Shown: piece after piece, positions 26,201 to 38,606 of the stretch
Layout of the letters: each line of letters begins with the position of its first letter
Numbering within the stretch: position 1 is the first letter of the stretch
From: an uncultured Chloroflexia bacterium
GTDB taxonomy: Bacteria; Chloroflexota; Limnocylindria; Limnocylindrales; CSP1-4
Reading direction: 5' to 3'
Assembly (NCBI GenBank): GCA_963833705.1
Contig: CAWHYQ010000001.1
Coordinates: 499,583 to 563,582, forward strand
Length of the DNA: 64,000 nucleotides
Notes under the pieces: model-generated
What the model was told of the DNA's origin: nothing
Seen by the model: only the letters and a program-made list of their open reading frames with translations
Database searches by the model: none
Position numbers and translations under genes: made by a program

Positions 26201-28591
26201 CGTCTCGGTGTCGGTGTACGTGGTGTCGCCCGCGGTGGCGCTCGCCAGCGCGCCTGTCGAGGCCGTCAGGGTGTCCATCGAGAACTGACCGAATGACGCC
26301 ATGATCTGCTTGTACGCGGCACCGAGGTCCTCCAGCGTCGACTGGTGTGTCCGGAGCGACTTCGGCAGGACGCCATCTTTGAGGATCTCGGTCAGGACCC
26401 GGCCATCGGACACATACGAGTCCTTCAGGCCGACCAGTTCGAGCATCGTCGGGCGGATGTCGGTGTGGTCCGACCAGAGCCGGGTCCCCGGCTGCATCCG
26501 CTGGACCCCGGGTCCGACGATCCCCACCCAGGTGGTCGCCACCTCGGGCTGGACGCCGCCGTGGTTCCACGCGAACGTCTGGTTCGGTGGCGTCGTATTG
26601 GGCAGGAACACGCAGTTGGACAGGTCGTTGTTCGTGCATGGTGTCGTCGATGACGCGTTGAGGAAGTAGTCGCCCTGCGCGAACGGCGTGAACGTCGGCG
26701 TCCGCGCCGGGTCGGCGGTGACCATGTGGAGGAGCTTCTCCTCCACGGGATCGGCCATGGCGATGAAGAGCTTCTGCTGTTGCCCCGAGAGCGGGTTGGT
26801 CACCCGCATGTCCGACATCGCTTTCTCGAGGTCGCGTGCAGTCGCTGAATCCCTGGCCGGGTTTCCGGTGATGTACACGTTCGGTGCCATATCCGAGTGG
26901 ACGCTGAAGTTGGTCGTAGCGGAGGTCCCGTGGCTCGCGTTGTAGGTCGCGACGAGCCGCTTGAGGTCGCCGTTGACTTCGGTCACATGGCCGTTGGCAT
27001 AGGTGCACGGTGTCGTGACCCCGTCGCAGGGCGCGTCGGGGGCGGTCCCGGCGAAGTGGTCACCCTCCTCGACGGTGAACAAGAACAAGGTGTTGTCCTT
27101 GGTGATGCCGTCGTGCTTGAGCCGGGTGAAGAAGTCGCCGAACGCCTTGTCATAGTCACGGAGCTGCTGGACGTAACCTGCTTCGCCCGGCCCGAAGGCG
27201 ACATGCGTATTGCCGGAGACGCCGTGGAAGTCGTGCGCGTCGGAGATGTAGGCGAACGTCACGGGGACACCGTGCTCCTGCATCTGCGCGACCTCGCCGA
27301 GGGTGTTCTTGGCGAGCATGCCGTCAAAGCCAGGGAAGCCCGGCTGGCCGAACGGATCGGTGATCGGCGAGCCATTCGTGTCGTTGACGGACGGGGAGCC
27401 GCCGTTGATCGCGGGGTTGACGTACTTCGCCCCGAAGAGGCCCTGGAAGCCCGAGTACCCGCCCGCCTCGTCCGGCAGATGATCGGCCCTGGCATTCGGA
27501 TCCCCTGTGCAGACGCCGTCGGCCTTGGTGGGAGCCGCGCAATGGATGGCGATCCCCACGAAGTCCGTCTGGGCGAGCGCACGCGCTGCCGTGCCGGACG
27601 GGGCGATCTGCGAGGCGCGACCCTCGTTCCACTCGGCTGAGCCCTCGCCGAAGACCTTCGTCATGTCGCCGGTCGGATCGGTCGCTGCGACCGCGAACCC
27701 GGCGCCGCTGGCGTGCGCGACGGCGAGGGGTGTGTTGAGGTCGACGCCGGTCCCGCCGGGGCCGGCCGTGCCGACGGTCGCGATCACGGCCAGCTCGGCA
27801 TTGACGGTCCCGGTCTCGATGACGACCGACTGGCCCGGTGCGAGACCCGCGACGCTCGTGACCTTGACATTGGTCGCCGTGGCCGCCGCGGCGGTCGCAA
27901 GCGTGGTCGCGGGCGAGCGCAGCACGATCGCGGTGTTGTTCTCGAGGACGGTGTTGGCCACGCCGACGTTGCCGACGTCGCAGCCCGCGCGCGTGAACGG
28001 GACCCACGGCGCGGGCGCATTGCGGACAGCACCGGTCCCTCCGAGCGCGACCGGATCGGCATTGACCATGTTGAAGTTCGAGTCAGCCGAGGTGGTCGGC
28101 GGGTTGTTCGCCGGGTTGCCGCCGTCCGTGTTGTCCGTCCAGTACTTGAACGACGACGAGAAGCCCGTGCTCCCATCCGGCCTGAAGTACCCGTACGAGT
28201 TGGAAACGGCCTGGCCGTGCCGGTCGGGATACAGACCGGTCAGCGTGCTCAGGATGCCGCCGCCCGTATGCGAGATGAGGATCGTGTGATCGTTGGTCAG
28301 GAGGGTGCCGTTGTGCTTGATGAAGTCGAGCAGGTTCGGCATCTGCTCAAGGTCCGACGGGACGTTGGGGTTGTCCCGAAGGAAGTGCGTGTTGTCGAAC
28401 TGGACATAGATGACGTGCCGGATGTTGCCGTCCTCAGATCGAAGCTGGCAGCCATTCGAATGGTGTTCTGAGTTGCCACTGACGACGAGCGGGGTCGCCA
28501 CCATCGAGGCGCCGGCGACGACCAAGGACACAAGGGCGACGAGGCCCCTGCGAAACAAGTGGATGGGTGGAACGGAGCTGTGCGAGAGCAT
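26195..28591 (-). CDS. secreted alkaline-phosphatase-superfamily (nucleotide pyrophosphatase/phosphodiesterase-like) protein; intact N-terminal part of the same reading unit as the AcpA-like remnant
   Basis: The ATG at 28591 follows SD GGAGAAGGAGGGGGA, and a signal-like segment (LVALVSLVVAGASMVA) is present. Motifs HVIYVQFDNTH, LISHTGGGILSTLTGLYPDRHG and FAYISDAHDFHG resemble the AlkP-core metal and nucleophile sites. In the sequence as given the frame runs on as Arg-rich out-of-frame text to a stop at 25850. Confidence 0.6.
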
Positions 28592-28810
28592 TCCCCCTCC
28601 TTCTCCTTCGGCGCAACGATTTCGGCGCGCGCGGACCGCGAGGGTCGCGACAGGTCGTCGAAGAACGGACGTGGCCCTCCAGCCACGTACCAGCACCTTG
28701 GACCATCGACGATAACACTTCGTCATCGGTTCGTGAGCGATTTCGGACAAGAGTGGGCCGCGCAGCGACAGGTGAGTCCCCGTCGACCGACCCGCGTCAT
28801 CGTGCCCCTG

Positions 28811-30445
28811 ATGAAGCTCCCCCCTTTGGTCGTCGAACGCCTGGCCCGGCTGGCGCCCGACCAGCGGGCCGCCGCGACGGCACCCTCGGGACCATCCCTC
28901 TGCATCGCCCCGGCCGGGTCGGGCAAGACGACGACACTGGTCGCCCGCGCCGTCTGGCTCATCGCGACTGGGACGCCGCCCGAGGCCATCCGGGCCATCA
29001 CCTTCAACAAGCGGGCCGCGGTGGAGATGGGTGCGCGACTCGACGCGGCTGTGGCACCGCTCGGGGTCGCCGCCGAGGCCGTCCGGGTCAGGACCTTCCA
29101 CGCCCTCGGGCGGGAGATCCTGCGCGATGCGGGCCACGCGGTGGAGCCGCTGGTCGACCGTCAGACCGTCCTCCGGGAGGTGGCACCGTGGGCCGGCGAG
29201 GCGGACCTCCTCCGGCTCGATACCGTCGTGTCGCGGCTGAAGGTCGAGCTCGGGGTCTCGGCCGATGACGTGGCCGCCGATCCGTCTGCAGGACGGATGG
29301 CCCTGGCGTACGTCGCCTACGAGGCGGCGGTCCGGGGGGCCGGCGGACTTGATTTCGACGACCTGATCCTGCGGGCGATCAACGCCCTCGAGACGGATGC
29401 GGCGCTGCTGGAGCGGTGGCGTGGCCGCTGCCGCGAGTTGCTCGTGGACGAGGTCCAGGACGTCGATCGTGCCCAACTCCGCCTGGCACTGCTCCTGGCC
29501 GCACCGGCCGACCGGATCTTCCTTGTCGGCGACGACGACCAGTCGATCTACGGCTGGCGGCTGGCCGACGTGCGACGCATCCTTGGCGTGCACGAGCTCC
29601 TGCCCGGGCTGCGACGCGTCGACCTCGAGGTGAACTACCGCTGTCCGCGCCCCGTCGTGGAGCGGGCAGTCCGGCTCGTCGAGCACAACGGCGAGCGGTT
29701 CGCCAAGGCGATCCGGGCCGGGCCGACGGCGGCCGGCAGGCTGATCCTCGCGCCAGACGACTCGGATGAGACCGTCCGGCTCGAGCGCGCCGTCCGGAGC
29801 TGGCCCGACGACGACTCGAGCCGAGCCGTGCTCGCACGGACCAACCGCGAACTCCTGCCGGCGATCGTCGTGGCCCTCCGGCTCGGCCTGCCGTTCCGCG
29901 CACCGCGCATCGAGCTGCTGCTCGACTCACCCGTCGTGGACACGCTGTTGGCGCGGGCGGCGGACGACGTCGCCGGCCGGGGGACGTGCGAACCGCTGCT
30001 CATGACCCTCGGCCGGGTTCGCGCGGCGACGACCGATGATCTCGCCGCGGCCGGGATCGCGACGGCGCTCCTGGGCTGGGCCGTCGGGTTCGCCGATCTC
30101 GACGCGCTGGTCGCGGCCATCGGGCGCACGCGCGCGCGACTGGCCGAGCTGCGCCGTGACGATGCCGCGTTGACCCTGGCGACCGCGCACGCGACGAAGG
30201 GCCTCGAGTTCGATCACGTGATCGTGGTCGGCATGGAGGTCGGGCGGTTCCCGAGCGCGCGGTCGGTTAGCCAGTCCGAGGATCCGGCGCGTGGCCTCGA
30301 GGAGGAACGCCGGCTCGCCTACGTCGCGTGGACCCGCGCCCGCCGGTCACTGACGCTGCTGTACGACCCGACGGTCCCCTCCCCGTTCCTGTTGGAGGCA
30401 TTCAGCCGGACCGAATTGGGGCTGGACCGTACGCTGTCGCAATGA
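28811..30445 (+). CDS. UvrD/REP-family ATP-dependent DNA helicase (short form)
   Basis: Motifs APAGSGKTTT, DEVQD, GDDDQSIYGWR, VNYRC, TAHATKGLEFD and AYVAWTRAR. The ATG at 28811 is taken as the start. The track ORF upstream of it is antisense overlap. Confidence 0.85.
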   Translation: MKLPPLVVERLARLAPDQRAAATAPSGPSLCIAPAGSGKTTTLVARAVWLIATGTPPEAIRAITFNKRAAVEMGARLDAAVAPLGVAAEAVRVRTFHALGREILRDAGHAVEPLVDRQTVLREVAPWAGEADLLRLDTVVSRLKVELGVSADDVAADPSAGRMALAYVAYEAAVRGAGGLDFDDLILRAINALETDAALLERWRGRCRELLVDEVQDVDRAQLRLALLLAAPADRIFLVGDDDQSIYGWRLADVRRILGVHELLPGLRRVDLEVNYRCPRPVVERAVRLVEHNGERFAKAIRAGPTAAGRLILAPDDSDETVRLERAVRSWPDDDSSRAVLARTNRELLPAIVVALRLGLPFRAPRIELLLDSPVVDTLLARAADDVAGRGTCEPLLMTLGRVRAATTDDLAAAGIATALLGWAVGFADLDALVAAIGRTRARLAELRRDDAALTLATAHATKGLEFDHVIVVGMEVGRFPSARSVSQSEDPARGLEEERRLAYVAWTRARRSLTLLYDPTVPSPFLLEAFSRTELGLDRTLSQ

Positions 30446-30918
30446 AGCACCTGCCATCGCTCGGCCCACATGGGGAAGGATGGGTCGCGATCCAGGTCGT
30501 GCTCCTCGTCGCGATCGCCGGCTCCGGCCTGCTTGGACCCGCCTGGTCCGGCCCCGTGCGGTTCGCCACGTCGATCGTCGGTGTCGGGTCGGTCATCGGC
30601 GGGTTGACCCTCGCCGGCCGAGGCGTGCGCGACCTTCGCGACGCGCTCACGCCGCTCCCCTATCCGCGGCCGGACGCCGATCTCGTCGTCGACGGCGTCT
30701 ACCGACTCGTCCGCCATCCGATCTACGGCGGACTCGTGGTCGCCGGGATGGGTTGGGGCCTGCTGACCGCGTCGCCCTTGGCCCTCGTCCTGGATGGGGT
30801 CTTGCTCGGCTTCTTCGAACTCAAGTCGCGCCGCGAGGAGCTCTGGCTGGTGCAGCGGTTCCCTGGCTATGTCGACTACCGCGCCCGGACCCGCCGACTC
30901 ATCCCCTGGATCGGTTGA
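30442..30918 (+). CDS. isoprenylcysteine carboxyl methyltransferase (ICMT/PEMT-like) family membrane protein
   Basis: The C-terminal motif LVVDGVYRLVRHPIYGG...ELKSRREELWLVQRFPGYVDYRARTRRLIPW is typical of ICMT/PEMT. The ATG overlaps the helicase stop (ATGA). Confidence 0.75.
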   Translation: MKHLPSLGPHGEGWVAIQVVLLVAIAGSGLLGPAWSGPVRFATSIVGVGSVIGGLTLAGRGVRDLRDALTPLPYPRPDADLVVDGVYRLVRHPIYGGLVVAGMGWGLLTASPLALVLDGVLLGFFELKSRREELWLVQRFPGYVDYRARTRRLIPWIG

Positions 30919-31234
30919 GTTCGCGGATGAGCCGGTCGATCGATTCGAGGAACGGTTCGGTCAGGTCGGCCGAGACGACGTCGCGGATGGAATCCTTCAC
31001 GCCGTACGCCGCGCGACAGCGCTGGGCCGTCGACCGGAGCGCTGTGGGTTCGTCGTCGCGGAGCCGGTCCGGCAGCGGTTCGAAGTACGTCACCCAGCGG
31101 GTCGCCCCGAGGTCGCGCACGGCGGCCAGGATCCGGTCCGCGTGACGTGCCGCCGCCAGTCCCGCCTCGTCGATGACGGGCCGCTCGTGGCGGGCAGGTC
31201 GCCGGGTCGATCGCTCGGCCCGGGCGTCAGTCAT
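30899..31234 (-). CDS. hypothetical protein (111 aa)
   Basis: ORF with coding-like GC3. It overlaps the upstream ORF by 8 nt. I recognise no family. Confidence 0.45.
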   Translation of the reverse strand: MTDARAERSTRRPARHERPVIDEAGLAAARHADRILAAVRDLGATRWVTYFEPLPDRLRDDEPTALRSTAQRCRAAYGVKDSIRDVVSADLTEPFLESIDRLIRELNRSRG

Positions 31235-31673
31235 CCGCGGGTTTGGTGCCCATCCCGTCCGCCGCGCCGTTCGCGGAGGGTGCCAGCAACATCAGCGGCA
31301 ACCGCTTTCGCTCCGAGCCGTTGACGAGGATCCGGAACGAATAGTCGCCGGGCGCTGGGAAGGTCAGGTTCCAGAGGTCGATCGAGAACGTCAGCACCGC
31401 GTCGCGTCCATCGCGCTGGCTGCGGGCCACGAGACTGCCGGTCGCGCCGGCCACCTCTCCGCCGTCGGGGTCGAGCAGGACGAACCGGATCTCGTGCTCA
31501 TGATCGGTCTCGGGGGCCGTGACCTGCAGCCCGATGACGAGCGCCAGGTGCGGATGGCGGAGGGGGAACCGACGGCCACCGATCCTCGCCACGCCACCGC
31601 CGAGGACGTGGAACTTCTGACCGGGGATCGTTTCGGCAGCGTCGGCCAGGAAGGCGAAGTCGATGTCCGGCAT
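31227..31673 (-). CDS. hypothetical protein (148 aa)
   Basis: The ATG at 31673 begins MPDIDFAFLADAAETIPGQKFHVLGGG.... The longer track ORF to 31943 overlaps uvrA. Confidence 0.55.
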   Translation of the reverse strand: MPDIDFAFLADAAETIPGQKFHVLGGGVARIGGRRFPLRHPHLALVIGLQVTAPETDHEHEIRFVLLDPDGGEVAGATGSLVARSQRDGRDAVLTFSIDLWNLTFPAPGDYSFRILVNGSERKRLPLMLLAPSANGAADGMGTKPADD

Positions 31674-31701
31674 GGCGCGATGGTACCCGCGGTCCCCCCG
31701 G

Positions 31702-34765
<3,064 letters not shown>

Positions 34766-34771
34766 GAACCT

Positions 34772-34777
34772 AGTCTA
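34772..34777 (-). promoter_or_regulatory. -10-like TAGACT, 6 nt upstream of the uvrA GTG (leaderless-type)
   Basis: The minus strand reads gccgTAGACTaggttcGTGccc. Confidence 0.45.
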
Positions 34778-34795
34778 CGGCATCGCGGGCGAATA

Positions 34796-34807
34796 GAACA
34801 CCCGTTC
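34796..34807. promoter_or_regulatory. LexA (Cheo-type) box GAACACCCGTTC upstream of uvrA
   Basis: Perfect GAAC-N4-GTTC palindrome, 19 nt upstream of the -10-like hexamer and about 31 nt from the uvrA start. Confidence 0.55.
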
Positions 34808-34840
34808 AGTCAAGCCGGTCTGGCGGGGGCGGCAGATGGC

Positions 34841-35242
34841 CTAGCTCAGGAAGGCGGCCGCGTTGGTGATGCCACCGATGATCCCCGCCGTGATGGCGAG
34901 GGCGAGGGGCAGTCCACCGATCATCGACCAGACGCCGCGGCGTTCGCGTTCGGCGGCCGCCACCGACAGGGCACCGACCAGCACGACGAGCGCGACCTTG
35001 ACGATCACGACCGCCGGCATCCCATACGAATGGAACAGGTCGCTGACGATCGGGTTGGCCTCGGCGGTGGGCCCATGCCTGGCGACCATGACGCTGAAGG
35101 TCGCCAGGTCGACGGCCTGCGCGAGGAAGAGCGTCGCGAGGCGAAGGAACCCGACCGACGCCGCCCGGTCGAACGCCATCGCGACGATCGACATGAGATC
35201 CAGCGACCCGGCGACGACGAGGGATGCCAGTCCACCGAACAT
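34841..35242 (-). CDS. small integral membrane protein (four hydrophobic segments), unknown function
   Basis: 133 aa and hydrophobic throughout, with an EANP motif in a loop. No family could be confirmed. Confidence 0.55.
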   Translation of the reverse strand: MFGGLASLVVAGSLDLMSIVAMAFDRAASVGFLRLATLFLAQAVDLATFSVMVARHGPTAEANPIVSDLFHSYGMPAVVIVKVALVVLVGALSVAAAERERRGVWSMIGGLPLALAITAGIIGGITNAAAFLS

Positions 35243-35363
35243 GGGTTGACTCTAAACCGAACCGGGCGATTCCGGTCAGGTCCGCATCGCACCGCACAGG
35301 ACTTTTGGCGCCTTCGCGCACCACTTCGTACTATCCAGGGCCAGTACCCAGGGCGAAACGACG

Positions 35364-37715
35364 CTAGCGGCGGCGTCCCGGTCGCTGGCCGGTCCGCTTG
35401 CGGATGTTGGGCGTCACGGACCGGTCCCAGGTCGGGCGGTCCAGCCAGCGAGCCTGCCAACCGGCCTCGTCCTCGTGCTCGTCGCGGATGCCCGGCAGCC
35501 AGGCGGCGATCGTCCCCTCGTCGATGCCGGACTCGCCGTCGAGGCCGTCGCCGGGTTCCTCGTCTGCGGGCAGGACGGTGACGCTGGTGACCTCCATCGC
35601 CTGCCCGGCCGCGGCCGCCGCCTCGCCACGGCGACCCCGGGCACGGTCCGCGGCGCCCGTCAGGCCACGCCCACCCGAGTCGCGTGCCGCGCGTTCGGCA
35701 GCGCGTCCGACCGTGATGGATGCGTCCTCCTGGAGGACGCGCAGCCGGATCTGTTGGATCTCGTCGCGCAGCGCCGCGGCGCGCTCGAACTCGAGCTGCT
35801 TGGCCGCGGACTTCATCTCCGCCTCCATCCGAGCGACCAGCGCCTCGATCTTCTTGCGATCAGCGTCGTTGAACTCGCCGCCGCGTTCCGAGGCATACAC
35901 GACGGTCGACTCGGCGACGGCGCGCAGGCGCTCGTTGATGTCGCGGATGCCCTTCACGATCGTCGTCGGCTCGATGCCGCGCTCGAGGTTGTACGCCTCC
36001 TGCGCTGTCCGCCGTCGATCGGTCTCGTCCATCGCCACGCGCATCGACTCGGTCACCCGGTCGGCGTACATGACCACCTCACCGCCGGTGTTCCGGGCCG
36101 CTCGCCCGATCATCTGGATGAGGGACCAGGCCGACCGCAGGAATCCCTCCTTGTCGGCGTCGAGGATGGCCACGAGCGTGACCTCCGGCAGGTCGATCCC
36201 CTCGCGCAGCAGGTTGATCCCGACGAGCACGTCGAAGACGCCGAGCCGCAGGTCCCGCAGGATCGCCACCCGCTCGAGCGTGTCGACCTCGCTGTGGAGG
36301 TACTGGACCTTGACCCCGAGCTCGCGCAGGTAGTCCGTCAGGTCCTCGGCCATCTTCTTGGTCAGGGTGGTGACGAGGGCTCGCTCGCCGCGCTCGACGC
36401 GACCGCGGATCTCCTCGAGCAGGTCGTCGATCTGGTTCTCGGTCGGGCGGACGGTGATCGGCGGGTCCACGATGCCCGTCGGGCGGATGAGTTGCTGGAC
36501 GACCTTCTGGCTGCGCTCCAGCTCGTACGGACCGGGTGTCGCGCTCATGTAGATGGCCTGGTGGACGGTCGCCTCGAACTCCTCGAACGTCAGCGGCCGG
36601 TTGTCCAGCGCCGACGGGAGCCGGAACCCGAAGTCGACGAGGATCTCCTTGCGGGTGCGGTCGTTCTTGTACATCCCGACGACCTGCGGGATGGTCATGT
36701 GCGATTCGTCGACGACGAGGAGCCAGTCCGGCGGAAAGTAGTCGAGCAGTGTCCACGGACGCGACCCCGCCTCGCGTCGCGACAGGTGACGCGAATAGTT
36801 CTCGATGCCCGTGCAGTACCCGAGTTCGCGCATCATCTCGAGGTCGAAGGTCGTCCGCTGCCGCAGCCGCGCGCCTTCGAGTGCGCGACCCTCCGCCTCG
36901 AGTTCGCCGACTCGGACCTCCATCTCCGCGTCGATGTCGACGATGGCCTCCTTGAGCTTGTCCTGCGGCGTGACATAGTGGGTCGCCGGGTAGACGTTGA
37001 CCTCCTTGCGCTCGGCGAGCAGCTCGCCGGTCAGCGGATCGAGCTCCGTGATGCGCTCGACCTCGTCGCCGAAGAACTCGACGCGGACGAGTGTCTCCTC
37101 CGAGGCGGGCTGGAGTTCGAGGGTGTCGCCGCGGACGCGGAACCGGGCACGGCTCAGGGCGGCGTCGTTCCGCTGGTACTGGAGGTCGACGAGGTGGCGC
37201 AGGACGGCGTCGCGTCGGTACTGGCCACCGATGCGCAGCTTGAGCACGGTCGCGCCGTAGTCGACCGGGGCGCCGAGGCCGTAGATGCAGCTGACGCTGG
37301 CCACGATGATGACGTCGCGGCGCTCGAACAGGGCGTGGGTCGCGGCGTGCCGCAGACGGTCGATCTCGTCGTTGCGGCTCGAGTCCTTCTCGATGTACGT
37401 GTCGCTCCGGGGCAGGTAGGCCTCGGGCTGGTAGTAGTCGAAGTAGCTGACGAAGTACTCGACCTTGTTCTCCGGGAAGAACTCGCGGAACTCGGCGTAG
37501 AGCTGGGCGGCCAGTGTCTTGTTGTGGGCCAGCACGAGCGTGGGCTTGTTGTGGCTGGCGATGACCTGCGAGAGGGTGTAGGTCTTGCCACTGCCGGTCA
37601 CGCCGAGCAGGACCTGGTGGTTCAGGCCTTTGGCCAGGCCTTCGCTCAGCGACGCGATCGCGGTCGGTTGGTCGCCCGTCGGCTCGAATGGCGCGACGAG
37701 CTTGAAGTCCGGCAT
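35364..37715 (-). CDS. uvrB: excinuclease ABC subunit UvrB with a roughly 110-aa C-terminal extension
   Basis: VTGSGKTYT, helicase motifs, and UVR domain [17 protein letters not shown], followed by an extra tail ending in [12 protein letters not shown]. Confidence 0.95.
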   Translation of the reverse strand: MPDFKLVAPFEPTGDQPTAIASLSEGLAKGLNHQVLLGVTGSGKTYTLSQVIASHNKPTLVLAHNKTLAAQLYAEFREFFPENKVEYFVSYFDYYQPEAYLPRSDTYIEKDSSRNDEIDRLRHAATHALFERRDVIIVASVSCIYGLGAPVDYGATVLKLRIGGQYRRDAVLRHLVDLQYQRNDAALSRARFRVRGDTLELQPASEETLVRVEFFGDEVERITELDPLTGELLAERKEVNVYPATHYVTPQDKLKEAIVDIDAEMEVRVGELEAEGRALEGARLRQRTTFDLEMMRELGYCTGIENYSRHLSRREAGSRPWTLLDYFPPDWLLVVDESHMTIPQVVGMYKNDRTRKEILVDFGFRLPSALDNRPLTFEEFEATVHQAIYMSATPGPYELERSQKVVQQLIRPTGIVDPPITVRPTENQIDDLLEEIRGRVERGERALVTTLTKKMAEDLTDYLRELGVKVQYLHSEVDTLERVAILRDLRLGVFDVLVGINLLREGIDLPEVTLVAILDADKEGFLRSAWSLIQMIGRAARNTGGEVVMYADRVTESMRVAMDETDRRRTAQEAYNLERGIEPTTIVKGIRDINERLRAVAESTVVYASERGGEFNDADRKKIEALVARMEAEMKSAAKQLEFERAAALRDEIQQIRLRVLQEDASITVGRAAERAARDSGGRGLTGAADRARGRRGEAAAAAGQAMEVTSVTVLPADEEPGDGLDGESGIDEGTIAAWLPGIRDEHEDEAGWQARWLDRPTWDRSVTPNIRKRTGQRPGRRR

Positions 37716-37722
37716 GCCCCTA

Positions 37723-37728
37723 AGTCTA
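37723..37728 (-). promoter_or_regulatory. -10-like TGCTAGACT, 7 nt upstream of the uvrB ATG (leaderless-type)
   Basis: The minus strand reads gacTGCTAGACTtaggggcATGccg. Confidence 0.45.
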
Positions 37729-37746
37729 GCAGTCGCCGCACGAACC

Positions 37747-37758
37747 GAACAGGTGTTC
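37747..37758. promoter_or_regulatory. LexA (Cheo-type) box GAACAGGTGTTC upstream of uvrB
   Basis: Perfect GAAC-N4-GTTC palindrome, 19 nt upstream of the -10-like hexamer, with flanks cgaaccGAACAGGTGTTCtg. Confidence 0.6.
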
Positions 37759-37856
37759 TGTCACTCCTGACCCGACGATGAACTGCGCATGTCGACTGGG
37801 AGGCGACAAGACGTGCTTCAGCCAGCTGTCTGTGACTCCGACAGTTCTCCGACGCG

Positions 37857-37955
37857 GATTTCGTCGACTCCGACGCGACAGATCACGCTTCGGGGGGGCC
37901 GAGCGCGGGGCGGACGGTCTTGGGGCGCAGGTTTCGTCGACTCGGAAGCGACAGA
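37857..37955. repeat. two 26-nt imperfect direct repeats (23/26 identical) in the coaE-uvrB intergenic region
   Basis: GATTTCGTCGACTCCGACGCGACAGA at 37857-37882 and GGTTTCGTCGACTCGGAAGCGACAGA at 37930-37955. A related ACTCCGACAG core lies at 37829-37843. Confidence 0.7.
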
Positions 37956-37976
37956 CCCTGGCTCGGGCGGCCGGCC

Positions 37977-38606
37977 TCAACGACCTCGAAGCGATTCGGT
38001 GAGCGACGCCTCGACGAGCTTGCGGGCCTCCGTTGCGGCCCCTGAGGCATCGATGACTCGCGAGACCGACCGTGACATCGCGTCGAAGCCGGTCTGCGCG
38101 GCGATCCGCTGTGCTGCGTCGATCGGTGACGAGCCGCGCCCGACGAGCCGTTCCCGTTGCACGGCCGGGTCGCACGTGACGAGCCAGACCTCGTCGCACG
38201 CCTCGGCCAGGCCGCCCTCGACGAGCTTGATCGCCTCGATCACGACGGCCCGAGCGCCGTCCCGGTCGGCCGCCGCGATGGCTGCGAGGATCCGTGGTCG
38301 GACGGCGGGGTGCACGATGGCCTCCAGATCGCGCAAGGCGGCGGGATCGGCGAACACGATCCGCCCGAGCGCCGCCCGGTCCAACGACCCGTCCGGACGC
38401 AGCAAGTCGCGACCGAACCGCGCGACGACGGCATCGAGCGCCGGCTCGCCGGGATCGAGGACGTCGCGCGCCACTAGGTCGGCGTCGATGACGATCACGC
38501 CCTCTCCTTCGCCGAGCCACCTGGCGATCGTCGACTTGCCGCAGCCGATCGGCCCGGTCAACCCGATCCGTACGGCACGACGCGGCGGAGCCCCAGCCTC
38601 GCTCAC
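37977..38606 (-). CDS. coaE: dephospho-CoA kinase
   Basis: IGLTGPIGCGKST P-loop, VIDADLVARDV, and typical length. The GTG at 38606 overlaps the ABC-F stop (GTGA). The track start is 38633. Confidence 0.85.
   Translation of the reverse strand: MSEAGAPPRRAVRIGLTGPIGCGKSTIARWLGEGEGVIVIDADLVARDVLDPGEPALDAVVARFGRDLLRPDGSLDRAALGRIVFADPAALRDLEAIVHPAVRPRILAAIAAADRDGARAVVIEAIKLVEGGLAEACDEVWLVTCDPAVQRERLVGRGSSPIDAAQRIAAQTGFDAMSRSVSRVIDASGAATEARKLVEASLTESLRGR

Noticed and set aside
28592-29686. N-terminal 365 aa of the 1278-aa minus-strand track ORF (25850-29686).
   Set aside because: This part is antisense to the well-supported UvrD-like helicase and is low-complexity. A strong SD, an ATG and a signal peptide at 28591 mark the real start.
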